49,283 nucleotides of DNA, from positions 1-49,283 of the forward strand of contig JAZDGK010000257.1 in NCBI GenBank assembly GCA_043806955.1. Reading direction: 5' to 3'. A program made the translations under genes and the position numbers. Positions 42,875 through 49,283 of the stretch are shown piece after piece. The notes below the pieces were generated by a model, which was not told the DNA's origin, did no database searches, and saw only the letters and a program-made list of their open reading frames with translations. Origin of the DNA: Pseudomonadota bacterium. Lineage in GTDB: Bacteria > Desulfobacterota > QYQD01 > JAZDGK01. How positions within the stretch are numbered: the stretch's first letter is position 1; each line of letters opens with the position of its first letter.

Positions 42875-44185
42875 TCATGCAGCATTTTCTATCCTGGAGG
42901 CTGTATCTTCAGGGGGTATTCTGGAGGCTTGTTCCATTATGTAATTCTCCAGAAAAAAGCGGTTTGCGTCATAGTGGCAATCGATCCCGTTAAAACCGTT
43001 GTTGCCGACCAGGGCCTGCAGCCGGCAGCCGCCCATACAGATGGGGAGGATCGGGCATTCCTTGAGGCATTTTTCCGGCAGGATACGGTTCAGCTTCTGG
43101 CTTTCCAGGATAAAATCGATTCCCTTATTCACGTGACCGTAGGCCATCTCGCCACCCTGCACAGACGGACAGGGTATAATGGAGCCGTCGGTATCAAAAA
43201 TGAACTTGGACTGGAAATCGGCCATACAAGCAGTGGAGGGAGGCTCTTCGAATTGCGGATAGCCCCTCTTTTCCGCTTCCTGCATCAGAAATAGGGCAAT
43301 TTTTGGATCGCCCATACCCGACTCATAGCTGTCCTCCTTTCTGCTCCGCAGAATAGCAGTAAAGGCAATGTTTTCAACAACGATTCCCCTTTCTTTGAAA
43401 TCATCCAGCATCACGGGTATGCTTAAGTAATCCTGGGATCCGCTGTCGTACTGGCATTCTATATTTATCCGAACCTGGCCTGATATGGCTTGGAGATTCT
43501 TTACTATCCGGTCGTATGTCTTTCCATTCTCTTTTGAGGGGCGCAGGGCATCATGGACCGGCGCCGGTCCGGCCATACTGACACGAATCCCGCCGAGTCC
43601 TGTCTCCTGCATTTTTGCAATCAAATCGTAATTGACCAATGTCCCATTTGTCGTGATTGTGAAGGAGTATTCGACTCCCTTCCCCAGACAGTAATGGAAC
43701 CGCCTCGATGCACTTTCCAATATAACTCCGGGGTTTAATAGTGGTTCACCACCGAGATAGTCGTCACTGACGTTCTTGGGATTCCTCTCGTTGATAATAC
43801 CGATGTAGAAATCATCCATAACCTTGGCCACTTCCGGAGACATATGTCCGGCTTCAGCATCCAGGATGCAATAGCGGCAGCGATTATTGCATTGCCGGGT
43901 GACGAGGACCTTTGATTTGACCGTGCTTGAATCGTATACATGCTGGTGCTTCCAGTGATGAAATACCGCTGTCTCGTCGGTATCTTCCTTTAACAGAAAG
44001 CCTTGTTCACAGAGGGTATCACCATCATCGGGCGACATGTCGACCTCCCCGGTCACAGAGTGCCAAGCCATCCCGGGCATCAGCGCCAGGGCTTTACTCA
44101 TGGTGTGAAACAAGGCCACAAAATCCCGGCCATCCTTTTCAACGGGGACTTCCACCACGAACCGCGACTTCTTGAGGCGAGCCAT
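42875..44185 (-). CDS. Radical SAM/SPASM domain protein, putative peptide maturase
   Basis: CNNRCRYC, GGEPLL, TTNG; SPASM-type C..DGSIIPC...CLKECPILPICMGGC...C; ~90-aa N-terminal extension; AGGAG RBS. Confidence 0.92.
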   Translation of the reverse strand: MARLKKSRFVVEVPVEKDGRDFVALFHTMSKALALMPGMAWHSVTGEVDMSPDDGDTLCEQGFLLKEDTDETAVFHHWKHQHVYDSSTVKSKVLVTRQCNNRCRYCILDAEAGHMSPEVAKVMDDFYIGIINERNPKNVSDDYLGGEPLLNPGVILESASRRFHYCLGKGVEYSFTITTNGTLVNYDLIAKMQETGLGGIRVSMAGPAPVHDALRPSKENGKTYDRIVKNLQAISGQVRINIECQYDSGSQDYLSIPVMLDDFKERGIVVENIAFTAILRSRKEDSYESGMGDPKIALFLMQEAEKRGYPQFEEPPSTACMADFQSKFIFDTDGSIIPCPSVQGGEMAYGHVNKGIDFILESQKLNRILPEKCLKECPILPICMGGCRLQALVGNNGFNGIDCHYDANRFFLENYIMEQASRIPPEDTASRIENAA

Positions 44186-44226
44186 ATCTTCTCCTTGACA
44201 GGACTACGGTCAAAGCGAATAAACAC

Positions 44227-44260
44227 GCCCCCCGGTGAGGTCAAACCTGTCCCGGGGGGC
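44227..44260 (-). promoter_or_regulatory. GC-rich hairpin between peptide and maturase genes
   Basis: GCCCCCCGG / CCGGGGGGC 9-bp stem with inner AGG/CCT pairing; only a weak U tail. Confidence 0.7.
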
Positions 44261-44275
44261 TTTGTTACTGCAGAA

Positions 44276-44368
44276 CTAACTTCGGCCGTTGGGGGCATTT
44301 TTACAGCAGACCAATCCGGTTTTGCTGATTGTGAAATTGCCCTTTTTGATGACTATCAGTCCTTTCAT
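44276..44368 (-). CDS. Putative RiPP precursor peptide MKGLIVIKKGNFTISKTGLVCCKNAPNGRS (30 aa)
   Basis: Translated by hand (absent from the ORF track); strong AAAGGAG RBS just upstream of ATG 44368, TAG stop, directly upstream of the rSAM/SPASM gene. Confidence 0.8.
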   Translation of the reverse strand: MKGLIVIKKGNFTISKTGLVCCKNAPNGRS

Positions 44369-44696
44369 CGCTTACTCCTTTCCTGGGTTTAATAGGCACT
44401 CCTGAGATAGCCCTTCTTATCGGCAACCATGATCTCATGCTTTAACGTGTTTTGACAAAAATGAATGCAAATCCCTATACTAGTGATTCCGTCAGGGAAT
44501 CAGAATGACAGGCGCCCAGTGCTTAATTGCATTAATCCATTGTCACTCCTGTGGAAACGGGAATCCAGTATTTTCGATGGATTCCTGCTGGGGTTTACCC
44601 TGGCGAAAGCGGGGGCGGGAATGACAAGATATATTGGTTATTTCTGCAATTTGACACTGGACTTGGGCGGAAGGGGATTGAATCTCGCGGAGATGG

Positions 44697-46253
44697 TTAT
44701 GGAGAGGATTTTCCGCTCATGCTTCTGTCCAGCGATGCATGCTTCAGTCGAGACCTGCCTTCCAGCGTGAGGCTAAAAGGATACCGCAATCTGAATCTCT
44801 TAGACATTACATCCACTACGGTCTTTCGAAAAAGAAACAAGGCTGGATGGTTCGAGATGACCAGATCGTATGATGGGTTGATAGATATGCCTTTCCCCTT
44901 CAAATTCTTCGTCAGGCCGGATTGACAGGCCAGTCTGCGGAGGGTATCAGGATCAACACTCCCGGTTCTTTTCCCCACATTGGATGCGGGGCAAAAAAGC
45001 GAAGGGCCAAGCCTGTATTCGGTGATAACCGCCTGGAAATCCCTGCTATTTCGATAACGGGCAGCAAGAGACTCAAAAGGAAGTGCCTTTATTTGCGTCC
45101 TGATCCCCAGGTCACTGAAACAGAGCTGCAGACAGGCGGCAACCTTCTTTTCAACCTGATACTCATCAAATACATAGATCGTGAAATCGAAAGGCCTTCC
45201 GTCCCTTCGAAGCCTGCCATCTTCCGATAGATTCCAGCCTGCTTCTTTCAAGAGCGCGAGAGACTTCGCCGGATCAGGTCTCTCTTCGGGAGACAAATCT
45301 GTTGGTATCTTACCAAATCCCGACAAGGCTTCTTCAACAATGCGCTTTCTGTCCACCGCGCAAGCAAGGGCCTGCCTTGTCTTCAGGTCTGAAAACAGTG
45401 GATCGCACACATTGAAAAGCAGCACCGTACAGTAATTGAGACAGTTGACGTTGAAATAATACTCCGCCTTCTTGTCCTTCATAATATCATAATCGCCCGG
45501 AGCTATTTCCGAAGCCACATCGGTCTCGCCTGAGAGCAGTCTCGCCCAGGTTTTCTCCCCGTGACGCTGGCAATAAAAAACAATTCGGTCCAACTCCGGA
45601 CGGCCGCCATAGTATTTCTCGTTGGCCACAAGCCTTACTTCCGTGTTACCTTTTTTAGATTCAAACCTGAATGGACCCGAACCTATCGGGGAACAATGAT
45701 CGGCGCCATTTTTGCCGGGTTGTGGGATTATTTCAACAGGCCATATTCTGGTCAAAAAGTCAGGCTGTTCTTTTTTCAATACTATGACTATCCTGTTGTC
45801 GGAAACAGGAAGAACCTCTCGAATTGAAGCAAAGAGAATCGGGTCGTAATTCCGTAACACAGTATCTATTGAATAAACTACATCATCTGCTCTAACCACT
45901 CTTCCGTCATGGAATCGTGCGTCTTTTCTAATAGATATAGTCCAGGTAAACGTCTTCGAATCGTAGGTCCATTTTTCTGCAAGATCCGGTTCCAGTTCAC
46001 CTTCGGGATTGGGAATGCAAAGGTAGCTGTACAAGAAAGGAAACAAATGATCTGAACCGCAACAGGCATCTGCTGGATTGAGCGAGGCCAAAGGCGCGTT
46101 TACATCGTACCGTAGCACATTCTCACTTCGGATTTCGTCTTTGCCGTGACCATCTATTCGATTGCACGAAGCAAGCAGAAACAGCGCCAGCAAAGCAAAG
46201 AGAATTCGGGGATGCTTAGGCCGTTCCCCCCACTTTCCGAGGTGGATCTTCAT
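44697..46253 (-). CDS. ABC transporter family 5 solute-binding lipoprotein, paralog 1
   Basis: Lipobox LASC, PDLAEKW, FHDG, ADDVVYS, PIGSGPF. Confidence 0.88.
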   Translation of the reverse strand: MKIHLGKWGERPKHPRILFALLALFLLASCNRIDGHGKDEIRSENVLRYDVNAPLASLNPADACCGSDHLFPFLYSYLCIPNPEGELEPDLAEKWTYDSKTFTWTISIRKDARFHDGRVVRADDVVYSIDTVLRNYDPILFASIREVLPVSDNRIVIVLKKEQPDFLTRIWPVEIIPQPGKNGADHCSPIGSGPFRFESKKGNTEVRLVANEKYYGGRPELDRIVFYCQRHGEKTWARLLSGETDVASEIAPGDYDIMKDKKAEYYFNVNCLNYCTVLLFNVCDPLFSDLKTRQALACAVDRKRIVEEALSGFGKIPTDLSPEERPDPAKSLALLKEAGWNLSEDGRLRRDGRPFDFTIYVFDEYQVEKKVAACLQLCFSDLGIRTQIKALPFESLAARYRNSRDFQAVITEYRLGPSLFCPASNVGKRTGSVDPDTLRRLACQSGLTKNLKGKGISINPSYDLVISNHPALFLFRKTVVDVMSKRFRLRYPFSLTLEGRSRLKHASLDRSMSGKSSP

Positions 46254-46404
46254 GAGTCCGACAGGCTCCTGGAAGGTTTAGGCTCTTTGTATGTAAAAAT
46301 GTGACAAAAATCAATCATGTTTTTGCCGGACAGTCAACGGACAACGGTCCCATCCGCTTCGTAGGATGCACTGCACAAAAGGGGAGTGAATCACGCGGAG
46401 ATGG

Positions 46405-47961
46405 TTATGGAGAGGGTTTTCCGCTCATGCTTCTGTTTAACGATGCATACTTCAATCGAGATCTGCCTTCCAATGTGAGGCAAAAAGGATATCGCAGTTT
46501 GAACCTCCCGGACATCACGTTTACGACCGTCTTACGAAAAAGAAACAAGGCCGCCTGGTTCGAAACAACAAAATCGTATGTTGGATTGAAGGATATCCCT
46601 TTCCGCTGCAAATCTTTCATAAGGCCTGATTGACAGGCCAGTTTGCAGGGGGTGTTGGGATCAAGACCTCCTGCTTTCATTCCTGTATGGGACGGGCAGA
46701 AAGGAGAGGAACCAAGCCTGTATTCGGTAATAACCGCCTGGAAGTCCCTGTTATTTCGATAACGGCCGGCAAGAGACTCAAAAGGAAGGGCCTTTATTTG
46801 CGTCCTGATCCCCAGGTCACTGAAACAGAGCTGCAGGTAGGCGGCAACCTTCTTTTCAACCTGATACTCATCAAATATATAGATCGTGAATTCGAAAGGC
46901 TTGCCGTCCCTTCGAAGCCTGCCGTCTTGTGATAGATTCCAGCCTGCTTCTGTCAAGAGCGCCATAGACTTGGCCGGATCAGGTCCCTCTTCGGGAGAAA
47001 TATCTGTCGGTATCTTACCAAATCCCGACAACACTCCCTCAACAATGCGTTTTCTGTCTACCGCGCCGGCGAGGGCCTTCCTTGTCCTCAAATCTGAAAA
47101 CAACGGATCCTTTACATTGAAAAGCAGCACTGTACAGTAGTTGATACAGTTCGTATCGAAATAATACTGTTCCTTTCTTCCCTTTATCATATCGTAATCA
47201 TCCGAATCTATTTCCGAAGCCACATCGGTCGCACCCGAGAGCAGCCTTGCCCAGGTCTTTTCCTTGTGAGGCTGGTAGTAGAAGACAATTCCGTCCAACT
47301 TCGGACGGCCGCCATAGTATCCTTCATTCGCCACAAGCGTCACTTCTGTGTTGCCCTTTCTGGATGCAAACTTGAACGGACCCGAGCCTATAGGGCGATA
47401 CCCATTCGAGCCATTCTGCCCGGGCTGCGGGACTATTTCTGTGGGCCAGATCTTGGTCAAATAGTCCGGTTGGTCTTCTTTCAGTACTATGACTATCCTG
47501 CTGCATGAAACAGCATAAACCTTTCGGATCGAGGCAAAGAAGACCGGGCTATGATTTCGCAATAGAGTATTTATTGAATAAACTACATCATCTGCTTCAA
47601 CCTGCCTTCCGTCATGGAATTGCATGCCCCTTCTAATCGATATCGTCCAGGTAAACGTCTTCGAATCATAGGTCCATTTTTCTGCAAGATCCGGTGCCAG
47701 TTCACCTTCGGGATTGGGAATGCAGAGATAGCTGTACAAAAAAGGGAAGAAATACCCTGAACCGGAAGAAGGATCATCCGCAGGATCGAGCGACGTAAAG
47801 GGAGCATTCACGTCGTACCGCAACACATTTTCACTTCGGATCTCGTCTTTGCCATGACCATCCATTTGATTGCACGAAGCGAGCAGCAGCGGTACCAGCA
47901 AAGCAAAGAGAATTCGGGGATGCTTGGGCCATTTCCCCCACTTTCCGCAGTGGATCGTCAT
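46405..47961 (-). CDS. ABC transporter family 5 solute-binding lipoprotein, paralog 2
   Basis: Same motifs and length (518 aa) as paralog 1. Confidence 0.88.
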   Translation of the reverse strand: MTIHCGKWGKWPKHPRILFALLVPLLLASCNQMDGHGKDEIRSENVLRYDVNAPFTSLDPADDPSSGSGYFFPFLYSYLCIPNPEGELAPDLAEKWTYDSKTFTWTISIRRGMQFHDGRQVEADDVVYSINTLLRNHSPVFFASIRKVYAVSCSRIVIVLKEDQPDYLTKIWPTEIVPQPGQNGSNGYRPIGSGPFKFASRKGNTEVTLVANEGYYGGRPKLDGIVFYYQPHKEKTWARLLSGATDVASEIDSDDYDMIKGRKEQYYFDTNCINYCTVLLFNVKDPLFSDLRTRKALAGAVDRKRIVEGVLSGFGKIPTDISPEEGPDPAKSMALLTEAGWNLSQDGRLRRDGKPFEFTIYIFDEYQVEKKVAAYLQLCFSDLGIRTQIKALPFESLAGRYRNNRDFQAVITEYRLGSSPFCPSHTGMKAGGLDPNTPCKLACQSGLMKDLQRKGISFNPTYDFVVSNQAALFLFRKTVVNVMSGRFKLRYPFCLTLEGRSRLKYASLNRSMSGKPSP

Positions 47962-48074
47962 GAGTCCGACAGGCTCCTGGAAGGTTTGGGTTCTTTGTAT
48001 GTAAAAATGTGAAAAAAATCAATCATGTTTTCTGCCGGACGGTCAACGGTGAACGGTTACTAAAGTCACACGGG

Positions 48075-49271
48075 TCAGAAATCTGTCCATGCAGTTCTGA
48101 ATTGTTTTCCGGCGACAACTAATGATGACGCCAGCATTAGCAATGCCCCGAGTGTGAATAGTAACTGCGGACCCCATGTGTTCAGAATCACAGCGCTGCT
48201 CAGCATGACACCCAGGAAGCATGTGCCTTTGAATGCGGCGAGCGCCGGCATCGTCCTACTCAAAGCGCCGGTGCTTTCCTGCTGGATGAGGCTTTCGAGA
48301 AGGACGTGCAGCAGGGAAAAACCGAAGCCGAGCAGGATCATGAGTGGAAGCATGTGCGCATGGAAGGAGGGGACTCCTGCTATAGCCATGCTTCCCCCGG
48401 CTATCAGCAGGCCCAGAGAGACCAGGACCTCGCCCTTCCATATCAATGAGCATTTCGGGAGCAAACACGTAGCCAGAAAAGAACCGGCGGTATACCCGGA
48501 CATGAGGATGCCCCAATCGGCAATGGTTCCGGACTGTGCCTTGACGAGCATGGGAAAACCAAGATTCAGAGTTCCGCCCCCAATCAGCACAATCCCGAGC
48601 ACGGCGAAACGGCCTTTCAGAACAGGACTGAGCTGGAAAGGTTCCACGTATTTGCAGAACAAGGACCTCGCGTCCGTACCCTCTCCCCTCTTCGCCCCCC
48701 CTGACCTTGCCTCACATGACGGCAGTTTACTGCCGGCAAACGCGGCAATCAAGAAAAGAAGCGCAGCAACGGCTAAGGCCGTTTCTCGACCTGCCTTCAA
48801 AACAATCCAACTGATAATCCATGGCCCGCATATTCCCCCGGCGAGGGCCACTCTTTCGTTTAGAGAGTTAAAAGATATAATCCAGTCTTTTTGTACGATC
48901 ATGGGTGTAATATAAAGTCTGCCGATGTAGAAGAATAATGAGCCGACAATTATGAGGAGATAGAGGGGCAGGACCGTACAGCGGGAGACAGACAGGATGA
49001 GAAGGACGGCCACGGCGGCCTTGCCGAGGTTCACGCCGGCAAGCCACTTCTTTCCTTCAGAACGATCAATCCAGAAGCCGGCAACATGGCTCAAAAGAAT
49101 TGAAGGGCCCTGTTCAAGGATACCCATCAGGAGGAGATTAGAAAACGCGTTTTCTCTCGTGAAGACAAGCAAATTGAGGAGAGCCAGCCCGACAAACCGG
49201 TTTCCCAGATCTGCCAGCAAATCACACACGATTAAGAGATTTCCGGCACGGCTGCGAACGAATCCAGGCAT
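48075..49271 (-). CDS. MFS transporter (H+ antiporter / macrolide efflux-like)
   Basis: About 12 hydrophobic segments and motif A-like AGFWIDRSEGK; true start may lie near or beyond the window edge. Confidence 0.85.
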   Translation of the reverse strand: MPGFVRSRAGNLLIVCDLLADLGNRFVGLALLNLLVFTRENAFSNLLLMGILEQGPSILLSHVAGFWIDRSEGKKWLAGVNLGKAAVAVLLILSVSRCTVLPLYLLIIVGSLFFYIGRLYITPMIVQKDWIISFNSLNERVALAGGICGPWIISWIVLKAGRETALAVAALLFLIAAFAGSKLPSCEARSGGAKRGEGTDARSLFCKYVEPFQLSPVLKGRFAVLGIVLIGGGTLNLGFPMLVKAQSGTIADWGILMSGYTAGSFLATCLLPKCSLIWKGEVLVSLGLLIAGGSMAIAGVPSFHAHMLPLMILLGFGFSLLHVLLESLIQQESTGALSRTMPALAAFKGTCFLGVMLSSAVILNTWGPQLLFTLGALLMLASSLVVAGKQFRTAWTDF

Positions 49272-49283
49272 ATACCCCCCGTC

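Larger units (their letters stand above)
44680..48040. repeat. Tandem duplication with a 1708-bp offset
   Basis: Both SBP genes plus their upstream (~80 bp) and downstream flanks are collinear. Confidence 0.85.

Noticed and set aside
42875-44185. rSAM/SPASM as an anaerobic sulfatase maturase or PqqE
   Set aside because: No sulfatase or pqq genes are nearby, and the adjacent Cys peptide plus N-terminal extension fit a peptide maturase better. Not fully excluded without an HMM search.
44098-44298. 66-aa minus-strand ORF as the RiPP precursor
   Set aside because: It lacks an RBS, runs through the hairpin and overlaps the rSAM start. The 30-aa ORF at 44276..44368 is much better supported.
46283-46314. 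TTGATT-N17-TACAAA as promoter of the SBP gene
   Set aside because: Weak match in AT-rich DNA; not supportable without TSS data.

Overview
Bacterial chromosome segment. Gene content and order suggest Desulfobacterota (deltaproteobacteria); this is an inference. The left part carries mnmA, a TerC protein, a csp/DEAD-box helicase group, a CheR plus coiled-coil hybrid kinase pair and a flavin oxidoreductase. The middle is a long minus-strand housekeeping run (xerC-hslVU-argBDFGH-lipoprotein-lysA-dapFAB-dapL-folK-fsa-slt-pgsA) lying downstream of tRNA-Val(CAC). The right end holds the best candidate for a new system, all on the minus strand: an MFS transporter, two tandem-duplicated orphan family-5 solute-binding lipoproteins, an unannotated 30-aa CC-containing peptide (44276..44368), a hairpin, a radical SAM/SPASM enzyme and a Cache-HAMP histidine kinase. 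This looks like a RiPP make/export/sense locus. Intergenic DNA is unusually dense in MITE-like inverted-repeat elements, REP-like doublets and 7-9-mer tandem repeats. These include a nested insertion with empty-site controls, an in-frame MITE inside a signal peptide, and gene starts and stops supplied by repeats. argB and the lipoprotein gene each carry a homopolymer frameshift, which may be real or an assembly error. No database searches were run.
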